Positions 1 to 12,929 are shown, numbered from the stretch's first letter. The stretch is 64,000 nt of DNA from Sminthopsis crassicaudata (GCF_048593235.1 NC_133620.1:459449261-459513260); one strand, 5' to 3'. Notes: generated by a model not told the origin, from the sequence alone. A program made the numbers and translations.

Positions 1-1258
1 TCCCTGCCCCTTCTCCACAAGTTCCTCAGCCTTGGGTGCCTCAAGTTCACCTGCAAACCTTCTCTTGAAAATGAAAATGAGCCCAAAATTAAAAAATCTT
101 TTGCTTTAAACATGGTATAAATACTAGCTGATGATGGTGGTGGCAGTGGTGGTGATGCTACAAAGTTATCCCTCATCATTATCAATGATGAGACAAGGGA
201 ACGACCAGAATCTGGGGCAGGAAGGATTCCCAGGGAATGGGCCTTCAGGTGTGATGAAGCCCAGGCCAAAGGGGATGGGGAAGGGTACCAGCACGAGAGC
301 CCACTAAGGCAGGATTCCCAAGCTGCAGGATCTCCTCACTCCACATTCTGGAGTCAATCATACCCATCAGGATTATCCTATTTTTTAAGAAGGAGGGGGG
401 TCTGACTCAGATAGTGTGCAGGGTTCCCCATCATTGATGTCATAGGAACAAGGGAGCCACCAAAGGAAGCAGGCTGGAGAGGGCAGGGATTGTGAGACTA
501 AGCCATTTTATTTTTTTAAAAGTACATAGAAAGGAAAATCAGAGGAAATAAATATGACAATCCCCATTGTTGACATATTTCTCAAATGAACTACTTTTCT
601 AGTTTTCTCTGAGGATCTTCCTTGAGATGTAACTACATGGAGTGCTTGTAGAACCACTGAAGACACAGAAAAATCCAGAAAAACAGACTGGGTCTCCAAA
701 GAATCATTTTTACGGCCAGGATAAGAATCTCCCTAGCCAGCGAGGGAAAGATCTAGGGAAAAATCAGAGGTGGACTTTTATTAACCATGAGTTTCTACAA
801 GACTTCATCAATTTCTGCATCTGACAAGACAGGAAGGAACCTGCACACAAAGCCAATAGAGTCATTTAATACAACAACTTGAGAACATCTAGTTCATTTT
901 ACAGATAGGAAAACTGAGGTTACGAGAGTTTTAATTAGCTCACTCACAATCATACAGGGCTAGATAGCAAAGCCAAGAGTCAGCTTGGAAAGATTGGAAA
1001 TATCGTCCTCCCTTCAATGAGTTGATGTTACCAAGCTAACTACATTCCCCTTATCTAGCATATCATCAAATCCTGTCCATTTTTTCTTTTTTCAAAATGC
1101 TTTTCACGGACCAATGATGGAGAGACCCATTTCATCCTGACAGAAAGGTGATGGACAGACTCAGGTGAGGATGAAGTGGGAGAGAAGGAAGGGGGGAGGT
1201 GGGAAAGGAAGAAAGAGAGGAGAAAAGTGGAAAGAGAAAAGAAGAGGGAAAATTAAAG

Positions 1259-1680
1259 NNNNNNNNNNNNNNNNNNNNNNNNNNNNNNNNNNNNNNNNNN
1301 NNNNNNNNNNNNNNNNNNNNNNNNNNNNNNNNNNNNNNNNNNNNNNNNNNNNNNNNNNNNNNNNNNNNNNNNNNNNNNNNNNNNNNNNNNNNNNNNNNNN
1401 NNNNNNNNNNNNNNNNNNNNNNNNNNNNNNNNNNNNNNNNNNNNNNNNNNNNNNNNNNNNNNNNNNNNNNNNNNNNNNNNNNNNNNNNNNNNNNNNNNNN
1501 NNNNNNNNNNNNNNNNNGGAGAGAGGGAAGAAAGGCAATAGAGAATGAAGNNNNNNNNNNNNNNNNNNNNNNNNNNNNNNNNNNNNNNNNNNNNNNNNNN
1601 NNNNNNNNNNNNNNNNNNNNNNNNNNNNNNNNNNNNNNNNNNNNNNNNNNNNNNNNNNNNNNNNNNNNNNNNNNNNNNNN
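1259..1680. other. Assembly gaps (N 1259-1517 and 1551-1680) inside a GGAA/GA-rich purine tract
   Basis: N runs seen directly; flanks are purine-rich simple sequence (1165-1258, 1518-1550, 1681-1740). Confidence 0.97.
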
Positions 1681-2534
1681 GGGAAAAAAGGCATTTTTCA
1701 AAACTGCAAAGAAAAGAAAGAAAAAAAAAACAGAAGTTCAGAAAGATGCATAGGTAAGACAGTTTGAAAGTAACATGTTAAATTAATTATCAAAAAGCAA
1801 ATTGTATATAGTAAAGAGCCGTGTTTTCCCACGTAATCCTCTTTTTCTGCTCTGCTTTATGTATAGAAATGTCCACCCCTTGCCAGGGAAGAGGGTTCAG
1901 AATAAATCAGATCTATTTTATTACACATCCCTGACATCCATCCCTTCTCCATTTCCCCTGACTCCTCCAGGGATCATGACTATACCTAGCCCAGCATGTC
2001 AATGAACAAATCTCAGTCTAAAAGCTGGCCTCGTCTGCCAGACTTCCAGAGGCAGTCAGCCCTGCCTAACCTCCCCAGACTTACTTCCTGCTCTTCTCCA
2101 AGATGGGTTCTCCATTCTAACAAACCTATTCTTCTCTGGGTTCTTTCTGACACACCACACTCATGGCTCTTTCCTTTCCTTCACTTAGGATTCTCTTTCC
2201 ACTCCCCTCAAGCCATCCAAAAATTACTCCCATCCTTCACAGGATAGCTCGTGTCGTGTCTTCCACATGGACCTTCCCCTGGTCCTCACTGATCACCCCC
2301 TCCTGTACCACAAGATTTATCACTTAAATGAGTTGTTATTTCATTTACAGTCTTACCTTCCCAACTAAACTGTGTGCTTCGTAAGTCAGACTTCGAAAAT
2401 CAAACATTTACTGCCTTGTAACATTTTTTACATTTCTGAACAGGCTTCATCCAGGTCCTTATTATGACTTCTTATCTTGAGTATAATGAACTCACAACTG
2501 GACAGTTGTTTTTATTTGCTTGCTTGCTTGCTTA

Positions 2535-2765
2535 CTTTTTCAGTCTTTCAGAATCGTCATGACTGTATTTGAGATTTTGTTTTTGATAAAGATATTGGAG
2601 TAGTTTGTCATTTCCTTCTTCAGATCAATTTACAGATGAGAAATTGAGGCAAACCGGGTTATGTGATTTGCCCAGGGTTACACAGCTAATATCTAATACT
2701 GGATTTTAACTCAAACCTTCTTTTCTCCATACCTGGCTCTCTCTAACTACTTGTGCCACCAAGAA
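2535..2765 (-). mobile_element. Mar1-like CORE-SINE (decayed)
   Basis: Reverse CORE (tttacagatgagaaattgaggc..gtgatttgcccaggg) plus Mar1-type 3' segment (ggagtagtttgtcatttccttc). Confidence 0.75.
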
Positions 2766-2844
2766 ATTGATTGGAAGTGCACAAAAGAAGACTAAATTCA
2801 CTAGAATTATCCCCTAAAATGAAGACTTCCCATTCTTTTTTTTT

Positions 2845-3190
2845 TATTTTTTTCTCAATGGTATTTTATTTTTCCAATTATGTGTAAAGATAGATTTCAA
2901 CATTCATTTTTGTAAGATATTGAATTTCAATTTTTTTTCTCCCCTCAAGATAGCAATCTGACATAAGTTATACATGGACAAACATTTCAAATATATTTCC
3001 ATATTTGTTATGCTGTCCAAAAAAAAAAATCAGAACAAAAGGGGAAAAACCACAAGAAAGAAAAAGCAAACAAACAAAAAAAGAGGTGAAAATAATATGC
3101 TTCCATCCACATTCAGTATCCATAGTTCTCTCTTTGGATGCAAACGGCACTTTACATCCCAAAATCAGACAAGTTGGTTCATTCCTCTTG
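2845..3190 (-). mobile_element. Marsupial LINE-1 3' end fragment
   Basis: Poly-T followed by typical reverse L1 3'UTR (tggtattttatttttccaatta..caacattcattttt..ccacattcagt..catagttctctct). Confidence 0.8.
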
Positions 3191-3455
3191 GAGCTGTTTT
3201 TTTTTAATCAATAATCAAGGACTTACTGAGCACATATGGTGCTAAGTGTATGGGCACTACAATAAAAGTATGAGCAAAGAGCTTACTTTCAAATAGAGAG
3301 GCCCTAACTAATACAAACAAATCCAATCCAATTGGCACCTAAAAACCATCTACTACATGATACTATACCTTAGAGATATAAAATGATGGGAATAGTCCCT
3401 CCCTTCAAGAATCTTACACTCTATTTCAGGAGTGAAGGATGGAATAAGTAAACAA

Positions 3456-3456
<1 letters not shown>

Positions 3457-3508
<52 letters not shown>
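3457..3508. repeat. (CA)n(TA)n microsatellite
   Basis: About 21 CA units followed by TA units. Confidence 0.95.
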
Positions 3509-3509
<1 letters not shown>

Positions 3510-4339
3510 CACTACAAGTTAGGACTAGAGTTCTTTATATCCCATAACTTTTCTATAGACCCTTTCTCAGAGTATTTGTAAATGCAGATAATAAAACACA
3601 TAAGAAATTACTCATAATGTAAAAAAAAAGGATAATTCTAAAAGTTTAAAATTTTGCTAAGGCCTTGGGAATGCCCTATATAAGAACACACATAAGAGTG
3701 CATTCCCACACAGAAGATGTACTTGTCCAATTAAGTTTAGTTCATGAATCTCCTAAAATCACAGACTCCCACTGGTGGCCCCCAAGAATAGAAGTCCTGA
3801 ACTGTGAGGAGCAGAAGAAAGCCCTTATAGCAGAAGGCACATAAGATCTGCCTTAAAAGAAGCTGGGAATCTATAAAACCGTTTTCCAGGCATAAGGGAG
3901 ACGAGTGGGTTGTACAGCCAATCCAAAGGCATGGTGGTAGGAGATGGAAGACCAGGTGAGGGAAGGAGGGCCTTTGGCTGGAAGCTAGAGCATGTTTGGG
4001 ACAATAAGGTGAGCCCGAAGGGTAATAACTCATGATGACCAGGATGCCCCAAATAAGAGTTCCAAGAAGGACCTGAGGATGTTGACTGGAGTAACATCTA
4101 ATTGAGAAGTCTCCCCTTTTCTAAGAGTATGAGTTCCACAGGGAAAACCTGATTGAAGCCCAGATATCTTAGAAAATTTGCCCATGGCAGGCTAGTCCAC
4201 TGAACTTGAGGCTCTGTGGCAGGCCTGTGTGGGCTTTTTATTTTGATACTATTTATTAAGACTCTGAGAGTCTGTGGAGCGTGAGAGCAGGCAGTCAATC
4301 ATCTGGTGTGAAAGCAATGGAAGTCTTCATGAGGTCACC

Positions 4340-4575
4340 TTCCCAGCGGGTGCTGGTAAAAGCATCTTGCCTCCTCCTCTCCCCACAGTCCCAGCAGACC
4401 CCAGCAAGATGATTCCGCTTGGCCCTGCCCGGCTAGGCCCCGCCTCCTCCTCATTATTAGTAGAAAGGTAACGGTGACAAATTGCCAATTACAGTAGGTC
4501 CCAACCAATTACCTCGGGTCACATATTTCAATTCTGTACACAAATTAATCATCAACAGAATGGGAAGATAATGGA
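4340..4575. promoter_or_regulatory. Candidate enhancer / conserved non-coding element
   Basis: Unique non-repeat sequence; 6 CpGs; GC-box-like GGCCCCGCC; several TAAT/ATTA cores; TAACGG at 4469. Conservation is inferred, not tested. Confidence 0.35.
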
Positions 4576-4784
4576 TGAAAAGTTTCCTCTTTCTTTCATA
4601 ATTGAAATAGTTTTCTTGTGACTAGTGCCTATACTGTGATGGAAACCAAAACCAGAGTTAGGACCTGGGACAAAGGAGGGTGGAAATAATTATTCAGAGA
4701 CAGGTAATAAGCACTTAATAAATGCTCTAGCTAGGCACTAGGGTCTGGGTTGGGGAGTTAATACTGGGGGTTATACTGAATAGA

Positions 4785-4955
4785 GGAAAATCTGAATTCA
4801 AATCTGGTCTCTGTGACCCTGGGCAACTCACTTAACTTTGTTTTTCTCAGTTTCCTCATCAGTAAAATTAACTGGAGGAGGAGAATGGCAAAATCAGTTC
4901 AGTATTAGCCAAATGGAGTCATGAAGAGTAAGACATGACTGGAAAACAACAAAAA
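4785..4955 (+). mobile_element. Mar1-like CORE-SINE
   Basis: ctgtgaccctgggcaactcacttaac..cagtttcctcatc then gaatggcaaa..aaatggagtcatgaagagt..catgactg tail. Confidence 0.75.
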
Positions 4956-5599
4956 AAGACAAAACTACAAATAGAGCACCTACTGTTGTGATATAAGTGC
5001 TATGATTACTTCCATTTTACAGATTTTCCAAGGGAGGTAGATAGAAGTTAAATGTCTTGCCCAGGGTCTCAAGGCAAATTCAAACTCAATTCAGTAAGCC
5101 ATCTGCTACTGTTTGAAGAAAAAAGAATCTGGCATTTTCTGCTGAGAGAACGGAAAATATGTGAAAACCATGTTCAAATCCCTGAAATCATGTGGAAGAT
5201 GGAGAGAGATTTTTGCTACTTTGACACTAAGGAAAGAAGGTCTGATTTGAGTTAGATTTCAATTCAATAAGAGGAAAAACTTTCTAATAATTAAGCCACT
5301 CCAAAAATGGCTTCCTCAGAAGATAATGAGCTCTCCATCATTAGAGGGATACATTCCTTCAAAAAAGAATAAATATTAACTCATTTGAAACTAAGAGCAA
5401 CTCATTGAGATAGTTGCTGTTATTATTCTTATTTTACAGTTAGAGAAGGATGAGGAAAGCAGTTTAAGTGACTTGACCAGTCTCACAGACAATAACTGCA
5501 GATCAGGTGCCATTCAGCTGCTCAGACATGTGCCAGTCTTACAGAAAAAAAATGGCAGACCACTCCCAAACATCAACTCCATCTTTCATTCTTTTAACT

Positions 5600-6115
5600 T
5601 ATGGTTTCTTTGCTTTTGCTCCACGGTATTCAATGGACTTTAAACTCCTACACTAGTCTTCATCTGTATTCATCCCTAGATCTCTCATCCACAGAGACTA
5701 GAATTTTTAAAAATTGATACTTTTGACAAGGTAAAAACTCTCTCCACCTTCATTTCTATGCAAGACTCTACTCCTTTCTCTTGTGATTTTCTCCACCATG
5801 CCTTTTTACCTTGGTAATTCACGCTAACCTTTTAACCTTCCGTTCCTACTTCCCCCTCTAATGGGCAGGTTTCTCCTAGAACATCTATTTTAAGCGGAGT
5901 GCCCAAGTCAGCCATGTCTTCAGTCCTCTCCACACTTTCTAGTTTGTGCTCCAGAAAAAAAAAAAAAAAACTTCTTTTTGTGTATTGTCTTCCCTTGGTA
6001 GAATGTAAGCCCCTTGAGGGCAGGACCTGTTTTTCTTTCTACTTGCATTTGTATTCCCAGCACTTAGCCCAGTGCTGGCACACAGTACTGGCTTCATAAA
6101 TGTTTACTGACTGAA
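5600..6115 (+). mobile_element. LINE-2 fragments including 3' end
   Basis: L2 3' terminal motif (gaatgtaagccccttgagggcaggacc..cacttagcccagtgctggcaca..aaatgttt..actgaatga); 5' boundary approximate. Confidence 0.7.
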
Positions 6116-6176
6116 TGATGTTCTGTCAAGATGAAAAGCAAATGGTTTCTTCTATTTCTTTATCTAAACTCCAGTT

Positions 6177-6670
6177 CTTTTTTAATTATAGCTTTTTATT
6201 GAAAAAATATATGCATGGGTAATTTTTCAACATTGACCCTTGCAAAACTTCTGTTTCAACTTTTCCCCTCCTTCTCTCCTTCCCCTCCCTAGATGGCAGG
6301 TAGTTCCATACATGTGAAATATGTTAAAATGTATCTTAAATACAATATATGAACACATATTTATAGAGTTGTCTTACTGCACAAGAAAGATTGGATTTAG
6401 AATGAAGATAAAAATAACCTGAGAAGAAAACACAAAAATGCAAGCAGACAATAACAGGAAGAATGGAAATGCTATGTTGTAGTCCACACTCATCTCCCAG
6501 AGGTCTTTCTCTGGGTGTAGCTGGTTCTGTTCATTACTGATCAATTGCAACTGATTTGGTTCATCTCATTGTTGAAGAGAGCCATGTCCATCAGAATTGA
6601 TCATCATATAGTATTGTTGTTGAAGTGCATAATGATCTCCTGGTCCTGCTCATTTCACTTAGCATCATGA
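6177..6670 (-). mobile_element. Marsupial LINE-1 3' end (young type)
   Basis: atagctttttatt..atatatgcatgggtaatttttcaacattgacccttgcaaa..ctagatggcaggtag..agagccatgtccatcagaattgatcatc; near-identical motifs recur in other copies here. Confidence 0.9.
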
Positions 6671-7168
6671 ACTCCAGTTCTAAGAAACAGAGACATCCTT
6701 ACAAAAGGATGACGTTAGTCCTGTGTGTCCCAGAGAGCACAGACTGGAAGTGAAGAGACCTGAGTTCTGAGCCTCCCTCTGCCCCTAATGAGCTATGTGA
6801 CTTTAAGGACATCATCCACTCTCTCTGGGGTCCAGTTTCCTCATCTCTAAAGTGAAAAGATTAGACAAAATCATTTCTATGATTTCTCTTACCTCCATCA
6901 TGCTATGATTTCATGATGGACACAGCTGAAAGCTATGTACAAAATACCTCTATTTCTTTCTCTGAGTTTTCTATAAATGAGAGACAGGGAAGAGGAGAAG
7001 AGAGAGAAAGGAAAGAAAAAAGGGGAAATGGAGGTAAGAAGAAAGGAAAAAAGCTTTTCTGGAGCACAAACAAGAAAGTGTGGAGAGTAATGAAGACATG
7101 GCTGACTTGGGCATCTGCTTAAAATAGATGTTCCAAGAGAAATCTAGAAATGGGGAGGGCGGTGAGGA

Positions 7169-7909
7169 NNNNNNNNNNNNNNNNNNNNNNNNNNNNNNNN
7201 NNNNNNNNNNNNNNNNNNNNNNNNNNNNNNNNNNNNNNNNNNNNNNNNNNNNNNNNNNNNNNNNNNNNNNNNNNNNNNNNNNNNNNNNNNNNNNNNNNNN
7301 NNNNNNNNNNNNNNNNNNNNNNNNNNNNNNNNNNNNNNNNNNNNNNNNNNNNNNNNNNNNNNNNNNNNNNNNNNNNNNNNNNNNNNNNNNNNNNNNNNNN
7401 NNNNNNNNNNNNNNNNNNNNNNNNNNNNNNNNNNNNNNNNNNNNNNNNNNNNNNNNNNNNNNNNNNNNNNNNNNNNNNNNNNNNNNNNNNNNNNNNNNNN
7501 NNNNNNNNNNNNNNNNNNNNNNNNNNNNNNNNNNNNNNNNNNNNNNNNNNNNNNNNNNNNNNNNNNNNNNNNNNNNNNNNNNNNNNNNNNNNNNNNNNNN
7601 NNNNNNNNNNNNNNNNNNNNNNNNNNNNNNNNNNNNNNNNNNNNNNNNNNNNNNNNNNNNNNNNNNNNNNNNNNNNNNNNNNNNNNNNNNNNNNNNNNNN
7701 NNNNNNNNNNNNNNNNNNNNNNNNNNNNNNNNNNNNNNNNNNNNNNNNNNNNNNNNNNNNNNNNNNNNNNNNNNNNNNNNNNNNNNNNNNNNNNNNNNNN
7801 NNNNNNNNNNNNNNNNNNNNNNNNNNNNNNNNNNNNNNNNNNNNNNNNNNNNNNNNNNNNNNNNNNNNNNNNNNNNNNNNNNNNNNNNNNNNNNNNNNNN
7901 NNNNNNNNN
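7169..7909. other. Assembly gap (741 N)
   Basis: N run; preceded by purine-rich sequence. Confidence 0.97.
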
Positions 7910-8393
7910 ACAGAAAACATGGAGCTAGCCATGTAGCAAAGAAAATGAATTGGTGCTCAAATTGTTATTCTCAGCTGCTCTTACACGCTGGAATGATTCT
8001 TAAAAAGCTTCCATCAGCTTTCTTTTTTGGTGAGATTTGATATTATTAGCCCTCTCTCATATGAAACAATTATAAGTGCAAATGCAATATTCATTTAAAG
8101 GGTCACAAGGAGCTTCCTGACAAATGTTGTTGCATTCTTATTGTTCCATGTTTGAGTGACTGAGGTCAGATAAGATGAGCACAAAGTCAAGGCTGCACGC
8201 AGAATATCGACAACACTTTTGTTGTCAGGTTTTGAGAGAGGATGGAAAAGGAAGAGTTGTAGCTGAGACCCAACTCTTTATGCCTGGGGTGTCTGCTTCA
8301 CTAGACAATGAATGTTCTATCAACGCTTCTCACACTCCCCTCCCCTGAAAGCATCAGCTACCTCAAACATCACTTCCACTCCTGCCAGAATAG

Positions 8394-8637
8394 NNNNNNN
8401 NNNNNNNNNNNNNNNNNNNNNNNNNNNNNNNNNNNNNNNNNNNNNNNNNNNNNNNNNNNNNNNNNNNNNNNNNNNNNNNNNNNNNNNNNNNNNNNNNNNN
8501 NNNNNNNNNNNNNNNNNNNNNNNNNNNNNNNNNNNNNNNNNNNNNNNNNNNNNNNNNNNNNNNNNNNNNNNNNNNNNNNNNNNNNNNNNNNNNNNNNNNN
8601 NNNNNNNNNNNNNNNNNNNNNNNNNNNNNNNNNNNNN
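8394..8637. other. Assembly gap next to (TG/TC)n
   Basis: N run followed by tgtatgtgtctctgtctctc. Confidence 0.97.
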
Positions 8638-9534
8638 TGTATGTGTCTCTGTCTCTCTAATACCACATCTTTCGCTTTACATCCCTATTCATTTTTAATC
8701 AGGTACGTGCTATTATTATTCTCATTATACAGATAAGAAACAATCTTTTGCCCAAGTTCAAAAGAAACATGTCTCTGAGACCACATATGAACTCAGGCCT
8801 TTGTGACACCAGGCCCAGTGCTCTATCCACCAAGCTATTTGCACATTGGGTCAGGGAGTCAGTAGAGCAAATATTTTTATCCCCATTCCAAAAGTGAGTA
8901 AGGGGAGATTCTAAGAAGGGAAACTCACTCACCCAGGATAACACAGCTAGTAAACGCTAGAGCTGAGATGTCATAACAAAAACATCCCATTGGTATATGA
9001 CAGAGATGGGGTCTGGTAAAGGCCTTGCAAATAAACAAATTGGGAAAGATATTTGCTGAACACCAAGCAGAACCATTCCCTGGGGCTGGTAGGGAAGGGG
9101 AGGGAGCAACATTAATTTCAAAACACAAGCATGGGGCCTGGAAATTTGTCTTCGCTGTCATATACCAAAGTTATTCCCGACTTTATAAATTATTTTACAG
9201 CACATTTTCAGCTACCAGATGTACTTATGGTGGGAAATGCCGACATTAAAGATTACATGACATCTTAGAAGTCATAATCTTCCTGGAGGGGGAGAGAACT
9301 ATAAACTCACAACTAGAAATGGCAAGGTTACCAGTTATTCCTTCCTTAAAAGATGAAGAGAGAGGAAGATCTAAACCAGGATGTGCCGTTTTATTCTAGA
9401 AACACCAAGGGGAATTGAATGGTTAAGATTCTGTAAAATCTGTGTTCTTAAACTTGAAAATATACAATCGCCCCAGGCTTGAACATGCAATCTCCTATCC
9501 TTAGAGCAAATCATTCAAAAAGTCATTTGAAAGA

Positions 9535-9655
9535 GTGGCCTTCGTTGCTACCAATTGCCGAGTCCTACTAGGAGAAGTCAACGGCGTTTGATGAGAATGC
9601 AATTATCGCTCGCTCCCAAGTAGAGAAGGGCTACATTTCCCAGGACATTAGGCCC
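9535..9655. promoter_or_regulatory. Promoter-like motif cluster (RFX half-site, CCAAT, MYB, ZNF143/SBS-like)
   Basis: GTTGCTA 9544; CCAAT 9551; CAACGG 9579; GCTACATTTCCCAGGA 9630-9645; 6 CpGs in 70 bp against a CpG-poor background. Confidence 0.45.
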
Positions 9656-10089
9656 AGAGTGTGAGAGCTCCCTGGAAGACCAATGCCTGTGTATCCACCA
9701 CATGGCTTTATTTCACTGACAGGGAGTCGTAGACACAAGAGAGAAACTTAATGGGGATCTGGTAATGAAAATCTGGAACCACGAGGGGTAGAAAGCCGTA
9801 GCAGGAATCACATGGATACCAGGAGCAGCTAAAGAAATGAGGAGTCATAGATAGCAATTTTCAAAAAGGGAGACCAAGATTGCCTGCTGGGAAGGCTCCA
9901 GCCCACTCATTCCTCCTAGATGAAGGGAAATCTTGCATATGCGATCTTTATCACATCATGAACCTGCAGAGTCTTAATTTAACACTTAATCCCTTGAGAT
10001 TATAGTGGCTCAGGAATGTGTGGAGATATCCTTTCCTGTTATTTTACTGATCATTTCTATGGCAACTGTACTTTTATTTTTAATTTTTA

Positions 10090-10820
10090 AAATTATACAT
10101 ATGTACATAAATATATAACTACAGATACATTTATATAACTATGTAGTTACTATGTTTATAAAACTATATATAGTTACTATGTGTATAACTATATGCAATT
10201 CTATCTTATATCATGCTATATCATATTTATTATTTATTATATATTAAATAATATATCATCATTAAAACTATATTGGGCACTTAGGTAGCAGAGAGGATAG
10301 ATATCATGCCTAGGGTTAAGATAATTTTTCCTGGGTTCTAATTTGACTTCAGACAATTGACTAAATTTCTACAATTCTACAAATTGCCTTCAGCTGTGTG
10401 ACCTGAGCAAGTCATTTAACTCTGTAATTTACTCATCTGTAAAATGAACTAGAGAAGAAAATGGCAAATCATTGCAATATCTTTGTCAAAAAAAAAAACA
10501 AAAACAAAAACAAATGGGGCCATGAAAAATTGGACATGAAAGAAACTGAACAACAACAAAATAACTATTTTATTTTATATATAACTATTTTATATTTTAT
10601 TTTATATATAACTAAGTATAATTTATTATCTACAACATAATATGTATATATAGTCCATAATAGTATATAATATATAGTATATAATAGACTATCATATATG
10701 ATATGGTCTAATATTATATAGTATAGTGTATAATATAATGAATAATATAGTATAAGAAGTATGTTATTAATAACATATAGTATATTATATGAATACTATG
10801 TGTATATTACATAGCTTCAA
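10090..10820. repeat. AT-rich low-complexity tract interrupted by a Mar1-like SINE (10275-10560, +)
   Basis: Degenerate TA/TAT repeats flank gggcacttaggtagc..ctgtgtgacctgagcaagtcatttaac..aatggcaaatcattgcaatatctttg. Confidence 0.8.
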
Positions 10821-10914
10821 ATAGAAGGACAACATATTACCTTAAATTAACAGGCTCACAAAAATTGATATTTGGGTTCAACCCAACAAAAATGTAGAAG
10901 CCAATTAAAACTTT

Positions 10915-11157
10915 GGGAGCATTCTAGTAAATGTTTAACAACCAGCTGTCTGCAGGGAGGGAAATGAACACGTGGCACAATTTTAAGTTTAATATGCATT
11001 ACTAACATTTTCTCCATCACTTTCTTATGCCTATTTTTTTAAAGCAATAAATCAAATCCTGATTTATAGTTTCCCAGTTTCCAAGGCGTAAGTAAATGCG
11101 CAAACTGAAAATTTAACAACCAATGAGTTAGTTCAAGCTGACTTCAGCACACCCCAA
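10915..11157 (+). mobile_element. MER63-like non-autonomous hAT DNA transposon
   Basis: gtaaatgtttaacaaccagct..tttaagtttaatatgcattactaacattttctccatcactttctta..ctgaaaatttaacaacc..ttcagcacaccc, recognised from memory as MER63-type. Confidence 0.75.
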
Positions 11158-11229
11158 TAAAGGAATGCCTTTGGTATCTCTGTCAGCAGTCTTTTATTCT
11201 CAGTTTAGCTCTTCCATTGAGAGAGAACT

Positions 11230-11750
11230 CACAACTTTTGTTAAGAAACCAATTCCACTGCTGAATTCCATCACTGGAAAGTTTACCCTCACATTAGCCC
11301 CAAATTGGCCTTCCTCTAACTCCCAACCCCTGGTCCTAGTTCTTCCCTACATTACCCTGATGAGGGCCTCCCACCATCTGGAGACACACATCCAGGAACT
11401 GTGCCTGAGGCACCATTAGGACTTTTAATAGCCATGAAACAGTCCGGCTCATACTCAGCTTGTGATTATTTCACATAAAAAAGACCTCAAGGTCTGAATC
11501 AATCTAGCCAAATCTATTTTGTTTTCCTGTATTTAGGTAATTGATTTGAAGCAAATATAGGATTTTACTTTCATCCCTATTAAATTGCATCTTTCTAATA
11601 TGGGCCAATCATTCCAACCTATGAAGATTATTAGGAATTCCAGTTGATGCCATGCAACACATTAGCTCTACCTCCAAGTTCTGAGTCAGCCATAAATTAA
11701 AAAAAAAAAAAAAACCTCCTGTCTTCCTCTAAGGGCCTGTGATAAAAAAT
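11230..11750 (-). mobile_element. CR1/L3 LINE fragment (decayed)
   Basis: Reverse-complement resembles the CR1 RT/3' region also seen at 21.6-21.8 kb (catccctattaaattgcatc..acacattagctctacctcc). Confidence 0.6.
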
Positions 11751-12231
11751 GCTACTAGTGTAAACTGAGATCTTTACTTCTTCCTCTTCCTTTCATGGAT
11801 CCATTTGGAAGAATCAATGGTGCTCCCTGCAGAGTATGATCCAATTCATTTCCATCACATTGACATTTATTAAGTGCTCACTATATCATAACATAGTAAA
11901 ATGGATAGTTTTACAGACACAGGACCCAGGTCCAAATCCAGCCTTGGATATACACTACCTCAATGACCTTGGATACAAGGGTCTCATTTTTCTCACCTGT
12001 AAAATGACAGAACTATATAGCCCCTGAGGTCCCTTCCCAACTCCTTTGATATATGTTCCAAGTCCTGTAATAAGTCCTGTAGATTTCATTCATAATGAAA
12101 AACAGTAGCTGATCTAGGAGGCTTCCATTCTATTAGCATGGGTGAGAACTACTAGAAGCACAATCTTTCTGATAGGTTGATGTCAGAGAAAAGCTGTTAA
12201 GACCAATGAGTGATTTAAATAATCCCAATCA

Positions 12232-12377
12232 GGGGCAGCTAGGTGGTATGGTGCACCAGCCCTGAAGTCAGGAGGACCTGAGTTCAAATCTAGCCTCAGA
12301 TACTTAACATTTCCTAGCTGTGTGACCCTGAGCAAGTCACTTGACCCCAACTGCCTCAGATAGATAGATTGATCGAC

Positions 12378-12423
<46 letters not shown>

Positions 12424-12498
12424 ATGAATGAATAGATTCATGAATAAATAAATAGATATCTAGATAGAGAAATAAATTCAGCTGGCTGAATTAATAAA
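12232..12498 (+). mobile_element. WSINE1-like tRNA-derived SINE with (GATA)n-expanded tail
   Basis: ggggcagctaggtgg..gagttcaaatc..gtgtgaccctgagcaagtcac..gcctca; perfect 17-bp TSD taaataatcccaatcag at 12216-12232 and 12499-12515. Confidence 0.92.
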
Positions 12499-12929
12499 TA
12501 AATAATCCCAATCAGATTCTGAAAGGATATATGAGGAACAGCTTAAAGTGTATTCAAAAATGCCCAGATATTCTGTAGCCTGCTCATATTAACAAGAATA
12601 TGTCAGATATTAGATTAAATGTGAACATTTATACCTAAGAAATAGATAAATGTTACAAAACCAGGCATGATTTTCTAGGGTTTTTATTGTCTAGACTAAA
12701 GAAAGTAATAGATAACATGTTGCTAATGCAAAATAAACTTAAAAGTATGTCTTGTGTACATTTTGGAAGAGCTGGTTATTAAACATTTCCCAGCACATCC
12801 CTAATGTTACCTCAACATCCACTCCTCAAAGATAATCAAAGTGAAAAAATCTAAGATTTGTGCTTACAGTTGAGTTTGGGAAGCAAGTTCTGCTGAAGCT
12901 AGAGAATTACTCAGGATGCTATTCCTGGT

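Noticed and set aside
1132-8736. ORFs containing long X runs (also 37625-38119)
   Set aside because: Open only because they cross N gaps
9590-9830. Octamer-like ATGCAATT plus SBS as the distal element of an snRNA gene
   Set aside because: No PSE or recognisable snRNA sequence found in either direction
12232-12358. tRNA-like A/B boxes (also in the other WSINE1 copies)
   Set aside because: These are SINE heads; no complete cloverleaf and they continue into CORE sequence
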